Shown one piece after another: positions 1 to 8,561 of a DNA stretch of 46,323 nt (positions within the stretch are counted from its first letter, which is position 1; each line of letters begins with the position of its first letter). The position numbers and the translations under genes are program-made. The notes beneath the pieces were generated by a model, which ran no database searches, was not told the DNA's origin, and saw only the letters and a program-made list of their open reading frames with translations. The DNA comes from a virus (lineage: Duplodnaviria; Caudoviricetes), in the IMG/VR virus record IMGVR_UViG_3300012347_000178, positions 1-46,323 of that record; one strand, given 5' to 3'.

Positions 1-55
1 CGACCTTTACAAGCGTGATCCAGAGAGCAAAGCATAAAGAAAAACCCCGACAGGA
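1..55. repeat. Terminal direct repeat, identical to 46269-46323 (circular assembly overlap)
   Basis: Exact 55-nt match to the last 55 nt; it cuts through the holin gene end and the terminator. Confidence 0.95.
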
Positions 56-85
56 TTGATTTCCTGCCGGGGTCTTTTTTATTTT
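38..85. terminator. Bidirectional intrinsic terminator between the converging late (+) and early/middle (-) arms
   Basis: ACCCCGACAGGA-ttgatt-TCCTGCCGGGGT stem, A-rich run on the left and T-run on the right, immediately after the holin stop. Confidence 0.85.
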
Positions 86-153
86 CGGTTGATGAAATCA
101 GGGTACAGGAGAATAACCCCTACCACTGCAACTACAAACAAGATTTCAAGCAT
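79..153 (-). CDS. Tiny hydrophobic peptide, 24 aa (MLEILFVVAVVGVILLYPDFINRK)
   Basis: Read manually; TAATG coupling to the upstream peptide; one predicted TM helix. Confidence 0.45.
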   Translation of the reverse strand: MLEILFVVAVVGVILLYPDFINRK

Positions 154-218
154 TACCAGATAGCCACCAATGCACCACAGGCAATACCTACAAAGAAGAA
201 AACGATAGGATCAACCAT
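153..218 (-). CDS. Tiny hydrophobic peptide, 21 aa (MVDPIVFFFVGIACGALVAIW)
   Basis: Read manually; start overlaps the end of the 211-621 gene; GAGGG SD-like sequence upstream. Confidence 0.45.
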   Translation of the reverse strand: MVDPIVFFFVGIACGALVAIW

Positions 219-621
219 CATTGCCCTCAGTCTCAATCTCATGGATCAGTCGATCAAGATACCATCGTGCTTTCTTAAGGTCTTCTAAAGGTTTCGTCTT
301 GTAGCGCCAACGGTGCATATACTTCTTGGCGTTACCTTCCAGATAACCTTTGAAGGCTTCAAAAGGCATGTTGTCTTTCATGTAGTCGATACATTCGATA
401 GTACCGATGTTGTAGTGTGCTGGTTTAGCAACAGGGTCTTTTGCTTCTGTCAAGATAGAGATACTTTCTTCAAGAACACCACAAGGTTCTTCATCACTGT
501 TGTCCCACTGTACATAGATGTCATCCACATCTGCAATCTCAACTACAGTGCCAGTTTTACCAATAAATCCTGTGGTAAAGTTACCAGTGTAGATTACACG
601 ATCATCGATCTTAAAGTTCAT
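211..621 (-). CDS. DUF3310 (T7 gp1.7/SaV-like) protein with N-terminal SH3-like domain
   Basis: DPVAKPAHY..IECID..GYLEGNAKKYMHRWRYK..EDLKKARWYL motif. Confidence 0.8.
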   Translation of the reverse strand: MNFKIDDRVIYTGNFTTGFIGKTGTVVEIADVDDIYVQWDNSDEEPCGVLEESISILTEAKDPVAKPAHYNIGTIECIDYMKDNMPFEAFKGYLEGNAKKYMHRWRYKTKPLEDLKKARWYLDRLIHEIETEGNDG

Positions 622-1322
622 TACAGATTTTCCTCATAGAATGCTTGCAACCATTGACGACATACATCACTACGAACCACATCGTCAAGCGTAAATTCAA
701 CAACAGCCGCATCAATGTGATACTTCTTGGCAAGATGGATTGCCTTAGACAAACCAGATTGTTCCTTAATGTCAGACTGTCGAATGTCACCGTTCATCAC
801 TAGCTTGCAGTTTTCCCCGATACGGGTAACAAGCATCTTGAATTGGGCAACATCAAGGTTCTGACATTCATCAGCTAGAACAAACGCATCTTTGAACGAC
901 GATCCCCGCATGTATTCTAGTGGGGCCATCTGGATGTTGTTGTTCTTGATGGCAGTCTCAAATGCACCTTGTCCAAGTTGTTCTTCAAGGACAGACAGCA
1001 CAGGTGACAACCAAGGGCCAAACTTCTCACCAAGATCACCGGGAAGTGCGCCAAGGCTCTTACCTACAGACACAGCAGGCCGAGTGATGATGATCTTGTC
1101 AATACGCTTGGTAAGATAGAGATTGGCTGCATAAGTGGCAGCAATGTAAGTCTTCCCCGTGCCAGAAGGACCAAGAACAATTACCTGTTGGCTAGACTTG
1201 AGAGCGTCAATATAGAGTTTCTGGTTGTCGTTAAGAGCAACAAGCGGGACAGTCTTTGCAGATGCTTCACCCGTTGCATTCTTAAACTTAGTGGTTCGTT
1301 TGGTACGGGGTTGAGCAGTCAT
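621..1322 (-). CDS. phoH: PhoH-family ATPase
   Basis: GPSGTGKT Walker A; ITRPAV, LGALPG, YMRGSSF, DECQN, TRIGE, GDIRQSD motifs. Confidence 0.95.
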   Translation of the reverse strand: MTAQPRTKRTTKFKNATGEASAKTVPLVALNDNQKLYIDALKSSQQVIVLGPSGTGKTYIAATYAANLYLTKRIDKIIITRPAVSVGKSLGALPGDLGEKFGPWLSPVLSVLEEQLGQGAFETAIKNNNIQMAPLEYMRGSSFKDAFVLADECQNLDVAQFKMLVTRIGENCKLVMNGDIRQSDIKEQSGLSKAIHLAKKYHIDAAVVEFTLDDVVRSDVCRQWLQAFYEENL

Positions 1323-1558
1323 TCTGAGTCTCGCATGTCATTCTGAAAAAATTGCACTAGGTCTTCGTACCCACCGATATGCTGACCGCCATACCAAATC
1401 TGAGGCACAGTCTTCATACCTGCAACAAACATAAGTTTGAGAAGCATAGGGTTTGCAGTATATAGGTGATACTCGAAAGTTTCCCCACGTTTTTGAAGTT
1501 CGTCTGCTGCACGATCACACCAAATGCAGTCATCACGACCAAGGATATGCCACTTCAT
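1319..1558 (-). CDS. Glutaredoxin
   Basis: CIWC redox motif, TVPQI, HIGGYEDL; lies near the RNR. Confidence 0.9.
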   Translation of the reverse strand: MKWHILGRDDCIWCDRAADELQKRGETFEYHLYTANPMLLKLMFVAGMKTVPQIWYGGQHIGGYEDLVQFFQNDMRDSE

Positions 1559-1713
1559 TCTTCATCATCACTTTCTTCTAGCGAGTTTTCTTCACCAAGT
1601 TTGCCAAGGATATGGCCTACAACCAACTCAAGGTCTTCGATACGCTCTTGTTGGTTCCATGACATATAGGCAACGAAACCAAGAAGTGCAATAGAAATCA
1701 AGTCAACAATCAT
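1555..1713 (-). CDS. Small membrane-anchored hypothetical protein, 52 aa
   Basis: Read manually (MIVDLISIALLGFVAYMSWNQQERIEDLE...); ATGA overlaps on both sides. Confidence 0.65.
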   Translation of the reverse strand: MIVDLISIALLGFVAYMSWNQQERIEDLELVVGHILGKLGEENSLEESDDEE

Positions 1714-1967
1714 TCATACACCGTGATAGTTTTGGTCTTAGGGAAGACCCTGCTAAATTCAATGTCTTCTGGCCCTTCGTCTTGATATTCAGTTGATCCA
1801 CGCGACCAATAGATTTTCCAGTATTCACCAGTTTCTAGTTCTTCAAAGACTTGCTCATAGAAGGTACTCCAACGACTTTGCTCGTAGATTTGTTCAGAAG
1901 TTACAGCCTTATAACCTTCTTCATCCTCACAGATGATTGCTTTAGCAGTTGCGTGATCCATGCTCAT
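1710..1967 (-). CDS. Hypothetical phage protein
   Basis: ORF tiles the operon; SRWS...RGSTEYQD pattern seen in small phage proteins. Confidence 0.7.
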   Translation of the reverse strand: MSMDHATAKAIICEDEEGYKAVTSEQIYEQSRWSTFYEQVFEELETGEYWKIYWSRGSTEYQDEGPEDIEFSRVFPKTKTITVYE

Positions 1968-2023
1968 TTTCCATTAAAGGGGTTAGCTACCCCACAATTA
2001 AGCAGGGTAGCGGGTTTGTTGTA

Positions 2024-2473
2024 TCAGGTCAGATCGACAATCTCACAAGCACCGCCATAGTGATACCATTCGCCACGATGATGGCAAGATTGCAGCTTAT
2101 CGTGCCAGTATTTTTCATCATGTAAGTTATCTACAAAAAGCAACTCTAGTGGATATGGGTTGTGGGACTGCATATCTTTAAAACGTCTAGCAGGGTTTCT
2201 TGAACTACCAACCTTAACAAAGTCCCCACACTTTATGAAGTAGCATGGGGCATCTTTAGCTTGGCTATCTAAACCTTTTCTGCCATTAATCTTACCAGAA
2301 CATCTTGCACAAGCCTTGCTTTGTTTAAGTTTACTGCCGCAAACAACACCCTCTTTACCACAAGAACACACTACATTCCAGTAGTAATTTTTAGATATAG
2401 GGTGTTGGTGAGAAAGCCCAACTACGACCCTCTCACCAAAAGTTTGTCCTGTTAAGTCTTCAAACTTATACAA
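2024..2473 (-). CDS. Free-standing homing-endonuclease-like protein (Zn-binding N-terminus plus GIY-YIG/T5orf172-type domain)
   Basis: DLTGQTFG..YWNVVCSCG N-terminus; CYFIKCGDFVKVGSSRNPARRF..LQ..RGEWY C-terminus. Confidence 0.75.
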   Translation of the reverse strand: MYKFEDLTGQTFGERVVVGLSHQHPISKNYYWNVVCSCGKEGVVCGSKLKQSKACARCSGKINGRKGLDSQAKDAPCYFIKCGDFVKVGSSRNPARRFKDMQSHNPYPLELLFVDNLHDEKYWHDKLQSCHHRGEWYHYGGACEIVDLT

Positions 2474-4415
2474 GGTCTACCACTTCACATGAACCAACAC
2501 AAGCAAAGGTCTGTGTCCCTTTGGAAGTGTCTTCGGTTTCGTATTCACTTAGACGCGACCAATCAATCCGTTCAGGCATCAGGTCTTTAGCCATGAGATA
2601 CTCAGCCTCAGTGCAGTCTTGATAAGGTGCCTGTTGATAGGTATGGTCAGAGTGTGGCAAGAACGACACACCAGACACTTCGTCAAAGTATTTATAGACC
2701 CAAGCCCCAACTTCCATCCACTCATGGTCACGCACAGTAACCGTGATAGATGGCTTGTGTTCACACCAATGACGCTGGTAGACCAACCACAATTCCAGTT
2801 GTTCGATAGCAGTCATATCGTTTCGAGTAACTGCCCCATTGGGTGACTTCATCGGGAAACTGAACACAGTCGTAGCATCCGGCTTCATAACGTCAGGCTC
2901 TGCCGGGATACCTTGGTCGATCATAAACTGCGTCAGAGGGTCTTTATTGTCACCACGTACAGTACGAATATAATAGGCTGAGTGACGAGCGTGAATACCA
3001 GAAGCGGAGTCGACCAGTTGAGATACCGTACCAGAAGGTTTGACACAAGTGATAGCAGCAGAAACAGGGATGCCAAGACGGTCAGCCCATTCAGCGTTAG
3101 TAGCAACAGCGACATCTTTCAGGTGCTCCAAGACTTGTGGAAGTGTTTTGTCTTCTTCAAAGTTGAACCAAGCCGCTTTAGCACTGGCGATATTCCCGTT
3201 GAGAGCAGGGTGATCCATGATGCCAGTCAACGACACGCCAAGCAGACGTTCTTCCTCAGTGTTATCCTTCCAGATTTTACGCAGATACGGGAAATGCGTA
3301 AAGGTAGATTGGATAGTCCCAAGGATCGTTGCCAGCTTTACTTTCCGTTCCAAGTCCTCAAGTGTATCCGTTGCTCGAACAACGACTTCGGTGAGGTTGC
3401 AGAATTGGTACGGGCGAAGGATGATTTCGCTACAGGGGTTCGTACCAAATTCAAAATCAGAGTTACGACGACCATTCTTTTCAGCTTGTTTCCTAGACGC
3501 AATGCGAGAGAAGATACCACGTTCACCAGACTTACTTTCAACAAGGGAGAGCCATTCGCGCATGAAAGTTTCCATGTCGGGCTTCTCAGTATATGCCACG
3601 CTGTTGTTAGCCAATGCGCGTTGTTTCTGACCTTCCCACCAGTTGCCAGACTTCGCATGACGCATACGATCATCAGACAGATTGGACAGGCTAATCATAG
3701 CCGAACGACGAACACCACCAACAACAACAACTTCACCGATCTTACACATGATGTCGTGGCACTCAAGGGAGTTCAACTTACGACCCTTAGCACCAGCAAA
3801 CTTCATAATCACATATTGGAACAATTCCACCAGAGGGGCAGGACCAGAAGCACGACCGCCAAAGGTCTTCAACTTTGCACCAGCAGGACGAACCTTGGAC
3901 ACATCCCACTTCGGAATTTCACCAGCATAGAGCATAGCGATCAGCTTACGAAGCGACTTGGCCCAACCCTCTTTGCTATCCTTGACAACAATAACGTCAT
4001 CACTCTCAAACATCTTTTCAGGAACGTCTGGCAACTTGCTGATGTACTGTCGTTCCACCGAGAAGCCAACACCCGTACCACACAACAGGATGAACATAGC
4101 TTCGTCAAACGACTTCGGATCATCAACAGGCAGATACGAACAGTTATAGCCAGCGGTATTGTCACGTTCCAGTGCAGGACCAGCAGTCATCAAAGCCCGC
4201 ATAGAAGGCATGATGTCGAGGCCAAGGATAGCATCCTCAATTTCACCAACAGTGCCATCCTGCACGATGGGATCAACTTTAGGTGCAACCACATTATCAA
4301 TGTAGCGGCCAACAGTCTCACCCCAAGTCTCACGGCGATTTTCTACCTCCATCCAACGAGCATAGCGAGACGTATGGATAAAGGCTTGGTAGTCAGTGGG
4401 TAGGTAGTTGCTCAT
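2466..4415 (-). CDS. nrdJ: Class II (adenosylcobalamin-dependent) ribonucleotide reductase
   Basis: TNPCSEIILRPYQFCNLTEV active-site motif; GGVRRSAMISL; VKPSGTVSQL; C-terminal CxxxC pair; no NrdB subunit in the genome. Confidence 0.93.
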   Translation of the reverse strand: MSNYLPTDYQAFIHTSRYARWMEVENRRETWGETVGRYIDNVVAPKVDPIVQDGTVGEIEDAILGLDIMPSMRALMTAGPALERDNTAGYNCSYLPVDDPKSFDEAMFILLCGTGVGFSVERQYISKLPDVPEKMFESDDVIVVKDSKEGWAKSLRKLIAMLYAGEIPKWDVSKVRPAGAKLKTFGGRASGPAPLVELFQYVIMKFAGAKGRKLNSLECHDIMCKIGEVVVVGGVRRSAMISLSNLSDDRMRHAKSGNWWEGQKQRALANNSVAYTEKPDMETFMREWLSLVESKSGERGIFSRIASRKQAEKNGRRNSDFEFGTNPCSEIILRPYQFCNLTEVVVRATDTLEDLERKVKLATILGTIQSTFTHFPYLRKIWKDNTEEERLLGVSLTGIMDHPALNGNIASAKAAWFNFEEDKTLPQVLEHLKDVAVATNAEWADRLGIPVSAAITCVKPSGTVSQLVDSASGIHARHSAYYIRTVRGDNKDPLTQFMIDQGIPAEPDVMKPDATTVFSFPMKSPNGAVTRNDMTAIEQLELWLVYQRHWCEHKPSITVTVRDHEWMEVGAWVYKYFDEVSGVSFLPHSDHTYQQAPYQDCTEAEYLMAKDLMPERIDWSRLSEYETEDTSKGTQTFACVGSCEVVDLV

Positions 4416-4783
4416 TTTTCTTCTTTCTTTTTAGCCAATTCATCAAGTTGATTGTTGATAATCAGGTCAATCTTATCAAGAACCTCTTTCCCCTGTGGGG
4501 ATTTAAGGGCAGTTTCACCAGCTTCGGATGCTGCCATCATATACAAGGTTTCCTTGGTGGGGATTAAGCAGACAATAAAGGTTGCAACCACCCAACAAAT
4601 AAACCAGTTCTTAAGACGACCAGCCCCTTGGAAGGGAAACTCATGGTCGTATCCAAAAGGTTCAACACCCTTTGGCGGGATACCAAAGCCAATGCAAAGC
4701 AAGGCAAGGCCGAACAAGGCAACGAGAGGAGTAATGTTCTGGCTAATGTCAACAAAATACAAGAACCAAGTCAGGTCATTCAT
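4412..4783 (-). CDS. Hypothetical membrane protein
   Basis: Two hydrophobic segments and IPTKETLYMMAAS; start placed at the ATGA overlap (MNDLTW). Confidence 0.7.
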   Translation of the reverse strand: MNDLTWFLYFVDISQNITPLVALFGLALLCIGFGIPPKGVEPFGYDHEFPFQGAGRLKNWFICWVVATFIVCLIPTKETLYMMAASEAGETALKSPQGKEVLDKIDLIINNQLDELAKKKEEK

Positions 4784-4959
4784 TTCTGGTTTTCCCACAG
4801 TTGATTAAGTTTGTCGCAGAGGTTCTTTGCATCTTCTACATCAGTTACAATAGCGATTGCAACATCAAAGTATGCACCGTGTTCGTGACCACCTTCGTTT
4901 TCAACGATATACCAGCCACTACCACACAAGTCTTCTGGTTCAAAGTAGAAGCGTTTCAA
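4780..4959 (-). CDS. Hypothetical protein, 59 aa, TTG start
   Basis: Read manually (MKRFYFEPEDLCGSGWYIVENE...); stop/start overlaps at both ends. Confidence 0.6.
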   Translation of the reverse strand: MKRFYFEPEDLCGSGWYIVENEGGHEHGAYFDVAIAIVTDVEDAKNLCDKLNQLWENQK

Positions 4960-5120
4960 CGATTATCCCCATTCATTTTGTTGCAATAGTATGTGGCATA
5001 TTCTTTGCTAGTTGCAAAGGCGTGAACAACACCACAGACTAAACCATCTTCAATAATTTTATAAGGTTCTAAGATAACCCACCAACCATTCTTACCTTCT
5101 TTGTAAGAATATTGATTCAA
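4956..5120 (-). CDS. Hypothetical protein, 54 aa, TTG start
   Basis: Read manually (MNQYSYKEGKNGWWVILEP...KMNGDNR); TTGA overlaps at both ends. Confidence 0.55.
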   Translation of the reverse strand: MNQYSYKEGKNGWWVILEPYKIIEDGLVCGVVHAFATSKEYATYYCNKMNGDNR

Positions 5121-5482
5121 CGGTTATCTCCACTTCCACCAAGGACGCCACGGGCTTGACGGTCTTTCAGTTTGGTAAGGTTCATTTCTGCAATCTCAGA
5201 CAAGTCATAGCCAAGATACTGTGCTAAATTTGCCACATACCAGAGAACGTCACCAAGTTCTTTAGCCATGTCACGGTCATCTAGTGGTTTGTTGTCACGG
5301 ATTGACTTGCCAATCTTCTCTGCAACCTCCCCTGCTTCACCGCACAGTTTCAGAGCAAGATATTCAAGACCACGCTCTTGCGGATAGATGGCAGTAGATT
5401 TAGCCTCTTCTTGGTATTCGTCCATGCACATATCGGTAAGCATATATTCCTCAAAAGTCTTGTCAAGAACCCATTTAGCCAT
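5117..5482 (-). CDS. mazG: MazG-like NTP pyrophosphohydrolase
   Basis: GEAGEVAEK..KELGDVLWYVA..NLTKL.DR..RG...GSGDNR, typical of phage MazG-like proteins. Confidence 0.9.
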   Translation of the reverse strand: MAKWVLDKTFEEYMLTDMCMDEYQEEAKSTAIYPQERGLEYLALKLCGEAGEVAEKIGKSIRDNKPLDDRDMAKELGDVLWYVANLAQYLGYDLSEIAEMNLTKLKDRQARGVLGGSGDNR

Positions 5483-5649
5483 TATTTATTCCACATCCAG
5501 ATAAACATGATTGTCAAGATAGTCAGAAAGGCAATGCCTGCAACAACCACAGGTGAGAAGACAGTCCACCAACCAATAGCAGCAAGGCCAGCCAACTTAA
5601 GGACAGCAAGTGCAGCAGTAGCCAACCAAGCGATAGCAAACAGGTTCAT
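5482..5649 (-). CDS. Small membrane protein, 55 aa
   Basis: Read manually; VLKLAGL..IGWWTVFSP pattern; TAATG coupling. Confidence 0.65.
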   Translation of the reverse strand: MNLFAIAWLATAALAVLKLAGLAAIGWWTVFSPVVVAGIAFLTILTIMFIWMWNK

Positions 5650-5786
5650 TCTTCATATCTCTCTAGGTAAAGATACCCAAGTGAATCTAGGATTTCAAGC
5701 ACTTTCCACAGCGTCAGGTCATGGTCCCGAAGGATGTTAGTGAAGCCACGATCTTCGATAAGTTTCAGGATTTCTTCTTTACTCAT
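5646..5786 (-). CDS. Hypothetical protein, 46 aa
   Basis: Read manually (MSKEEILKLIEDRGFTNILRDHDL...); ATGA overlaps. Confidence 0.6.
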   Translation of the reverse strand: MSKEEILKLIEDRGFTNILRDHDLTLWKVLEILDSLGYLYLERYEE

Positions 5787-6358
5787 TGCCTTGCATACAG
5801 TTTAGTTGTTGTTGTTTCATGGGTGAACAGATACCAACCATAGTCATCTGTACTTGTTTGTTTAGAACCTTCGATCCACTTAACCCTCCCAATAGGAACC
5901 AACTTCTTACACTTCTCCATATAGGGTGCCATACGCTTATTGCAAGCATATCCGAAAGGTAAAAGCAACCAAGTTGGTCGAAGATCAGGTAGATGATCTA
6001 GAAGCGGTTGAAGCATGTCCCACTGGAAGGGTGGATTCGTTATGATGTAGTCAATACCAAGAACATCGTTAACTGTCAAGGACAGAGCGTTTCGTTGTAG
6101 GATGCTCTTGGAGTAGGTGGTTGGTTGTGGATCAATGTCGTAGGCTTTTTTACAGATCACTTCATAATCTGTCAACGATTCGATATGCTGTATCAAAGCA
6201 CCATTTCCAGCACAAGGTTCAAGAAAGTATTTTGGACCTTCCCTTAGCAAGTGTGGAACAACAGGAACTACAGCCTTTTCAGGTGTAGGGTAGAAGTCCC
6301 TTTCCTGCCTAGGTTTGACCTTGATGTTGTTGCTGGAAACGGATGCTCTTTTGCTCAC
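5783..6358 (-). CDS. DNA N6-adenine methyltransferase (orphan)
   Basis: DFYPTP, FLEPCAGNGAL (SAM-binding motif I) before ITNPPF (motif IV). Confidence 0.85.
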   Translation of the reverse strand: MSKRASVSSNNIKVKPRQERDFYPTPEKAVVPVVPHLLREGPKYFLEPCAGNGALIQHIESLTDYEVICKKAYDIDPQPTTYSKSILQRNALSLTVNDVLGIDYIITNPPFQWDMLQPLLDHLPDLRPTWLLLPFGYACNKRMAPYMEKCKKLVPIGRVKWIEGSKQTSTDDYGWYLFTHETTTTKLYARQ

Positions 6359-7128
6359 TTACCGTACTCTTTTTCTAGGGCTTTCATAGATACCCATTGA
6401 AGGTCATAGTCACCATTTTCGATGTAGCGTTTAATCACAACACCTCTGGACCATTCAGCATTAGCCTGTCCTGCCCAACCTTCATCTTTACCTTTGAAGC
6501 ATCCTGCAACCAACCCATTAAGAGTATTAGGCCGAGCATCAGCTTTGCGATAATAATGAAACTTATGGCTGTGACCAACAGTGCAAGAATGAGCCAGCTT
6601 TTCCACAAGGCTATAGCCATGATGCTTTGTAGACATAGCAGAACCAAAGTTTCCACTGCTAACAAAGTGGCCGTAGAGGACACCATCGTAGTCAACAAGT
6701 GCAGGTCCACCGTTGACGTATTCGTGGTAGTCGTCAAACCAGTGGTCTGTTTGCAAGTGGGAAAATGAGATTCCATATTTGCTACCCTCTAGCCGGGGAT
6801 CATGTGCCAAAGCCCGCTTGATACGGTTTTCATGGTTGCCTTCAAATCCAATACGAAAAGGTCGCTTCTTCTTGGACAGCTTATACCTAGACCACAAACG
6901 GTCTTGAGCATTGTTGTAGGCTTCAATATCCGCTTGGTATGACTGTGCAACAAGAGCCTGTGGATAGCGAGTGTCAAAGCTGTTGAGGCTCTGCATGTCC
7001 ACACCATCACCGAGGTCAACAACATAGTCTGGCTTGATGTCTTCAATCAGGTCACCCAACCAATCAAAGCGGATGTTGTCAGCATCAGGATGTGCATGGG
7101 CGCATGTGTAGACGATAGCTGTTTTCAA
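6355..7128 (-). CDS. Calcineurin-like metallophosphoesterase
   Basis: DLGD, EGNHE, GH and VGHSH motifs; TTG start (MKTAIVY) overlaps the upstream stop. Confidence 0.85.
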   Translation of the reverse strand: MKTAIVYTCAHAHPDADNIRFDWLGDLIEDIKPDYVVDLGDGVDMQSLNSFDTRYPQALVAQSYQADIEAYNNAQDRLWSRYKLSKKKRPFRIGFEGNHENRIKRALAHDPRLEGSKYGISFSHLQTDHWFDDYHEYVNGGPALVDYDGVLYGHFVSSGNFGSAMSTKHHGYSLVEKLAHSCTVGHSHKFHYYRKADARPNTLNGLVAGCFKGKDEGWAGQANAEWSRGVVIKRYIENGDYDLQWVSMKALEKEYGK

Positions 7129-7286
7129 AAGGGGTAACTCCAAATCTTTTCGATTTTCCAGTATTGGTATTCAAAGCAATCTTTGAGACGACTGATTGCA
7201 GCTTCTTCTGTTGGCTGTTCATCGACAAACTCCCACTTGTTAACCACAAGAGAGTTGCATCCGAAAATGTACCATTTAAGGTCCAT
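7125..7286 (-). CDS. Hypothetical protein, 53 aa
   Basis: Read manually (MDLKWYIFGCNSLVVNKWEF...); fills the gap with overlaps. Confidence 0.55.
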   Translation of the reverse strand: MDLKWYIFGCNSLVVNKWEFVDEQPTEEAAISRLKDCFEYQYWKIEKIWSYPF

Positions 7287-7531
7287 CAGTAGTTGTCCTT
7301 CCACTTGATAGGTTTCACTTGTTTAGTGAAGTGCTTCACCAGTTTTCTAGCATCATCGAAGTCTTGGAAGATCAGTTGTGAAGGTTCAATAACTCCACGT
7401 TCATCCATGACTGTTGCATAAACAACATACCCTTCTTCGTAGGGAAGTCCAAAACCATCTTCTTCGTGATCCCAATCGGGAACCTCAGAGGAATGAATTG
7501 GACCCCTTTGAACGCTTACTACTTTAGCCAT
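7286..7531 (-). CDS. Hypothetical protein
   Basis: ORF tiles the operon. Confidence 0.7.
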   Translation of the reverse strand: MAKVVSVQRGPIHSSEVPDWDHEEDGFGLPYEEGYVVYATVMDERGVIEPSQLIFQDFDDARKLVKHFTKQVKPIKWKDNY

Positions 7532-7923
7532 TCGTCAGGTACTTCCTTGTCTGAAAACTTGAAGTTATTCTTCCTACACCAATCAGCATATGAAGTCTTA
7601 GACCCCTTACTAATCTTGTTGTTGCTGTTTGTAAAGACAAATCGAATGTCTTTGTCAGGGTGTTGCTTCTGGATCAACAGGTGTTTCTTCCTGTCTTCCA
7701 TAACAAACCTTCCCTTGGTTTCAACAATGATGCCGTTAGGAAGAACAAAGTCTGGCGTATAGGTGTGAACACTTTCAGGAACGACATACTTGATCTTTGT
7801 CGTCTCGTACTCAGCCTCTACACCAGACTTCTTTAGTTGTTCTGCGACTTTGACTTCTAGTCCAGACCGGAAACCTAGCTTTTTGGCGGCTCCCAAATTT
7901 GCCCTTCGTGTCGTCTTAGCCAC
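7519..7923 (-). CDS. T7 gp3-like endonuclease I (Holliday junction resolvase)
   Basis: FRSGLE..YTPDFVLPNGIIVETKGRF..DRKKHLLI..DIRFVF. Confidence 0.95.
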   Translation of the reverse strand: MAKTTRRANLGAAKKLGFRSGLEVKVAEQLKKSGVEAEYETTKIKYVVPESVHTYTPDFVLPNGIIVETKGRFVMEDRKKHLLIQKQHPDKDIRFVFTNSNNKISKGSKTSYADWCRKNNFKFSDKEVPDEWLK

Positions 7924-8561
7924 AGTAACCTTCCATTCTTTACAGCACGTTCAACATCGCCCTCATAGGCTTCAAGGCATCGTTCCCAAAGTTCTCTTTC
8001 AGTCATGGCACCTTCAAGTAGCTTTAACGCTTTAACAGGGCCAATCTTAAAGACACCTTCAATGTTATCTGCACGATCCCCTACAAGCAACTGCGTATAG
8101 AAGAACCTTAGACCATTCCAGTTATCAATCCTATCCCATTCATTCTTGACGGGGTTGTAGTTGATAGATGGAACCTGTTTGAAGTCTTTGTCAATGGAAA
8201 CGACAATCACATTTGGATAATGCTTTGTTGCCATAATTGCAATAGCATCATCTGCTTCCTCTCCATCAGTCAAGATTGCATCATATTCATCCATGATGTA
8301 TTCTTTGGCGAAGTTCAGGAAAGTAGGCTTTTCTTTAGGCCGTTGAGCCTTGTAGTCTTTGCAAATGTCATACCGGAAATTGTTCTTACCAGTCAAATAG
8401 GAATGATACTCTAAATCATCACCAAATTCGTAAACAACACTCTCAGCGATCTGTTGATAAAGTTCGTCAATCTTATCAACAACACCACTAAGAGTGTCAC
8501 CTTTAGAGAACACAGCACGGTATGCTAGAGGGTCAGCGTCCACTAGCACCTTGTATGTCAT
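7875..8561 (-). CDS. T7 gp6-like 5'-3' exonuclease
   Basis: LVDAD, NFR..YKAQR, EADD, SIDKD, GDRADNI.G..IGP motifs. Confidence 0.9.
   Translation of the reverse strand: MTYKVLVDADPLAYRAVFSKGDTLSGVVDKIDELYQQIAESVVYEFGDDLEYHSYLTGKNNFRYDICKDYKAQRPKEKPTFLNFAKEYIMDEYDAILTDGEEADDAIAIMATKHYPNVIVVSIDKDFKQVPSINYNPVKNEWDRIDNWNGLRFFYTQLLVGDRADNIEGVFKIGPVKALKLLEGAMTERELWERCLEAYEGDVERAVKNGRLLWLRRHEGQIWEPPKS

Noticed and set aside
1-55. 55-bp terminal repeat as a biological direct terminal repeat
   Set aside because: The length equals a common assembler k-mer and the repeat cuts through a gene end and terminator, so it is best read as a circularisation overlap
1986-2011. GCTACCC/GGGTAGC hairpin as an intrinsic terminator
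   Set aside because: The stem is real, but the loop is 12 nt and no U-tract follows directly on the coding strand; it may be a processing or stability hairpin
2024-2473. Group I intron in nrdJ
   Set aside because: The endonuclease ORF fills the whole interval, leaving no room for a ribozyme core, and nrdJ already ends with an intact Cys pair
2982-4403. 473-aa plus-strand ORF
   Set aside because: Antisense shadow of nrdJ with no SD or recognisable motif; similar shadows lie opposite the portal (25836-26960), MCP (32361-33467), TMP and gpJ genes
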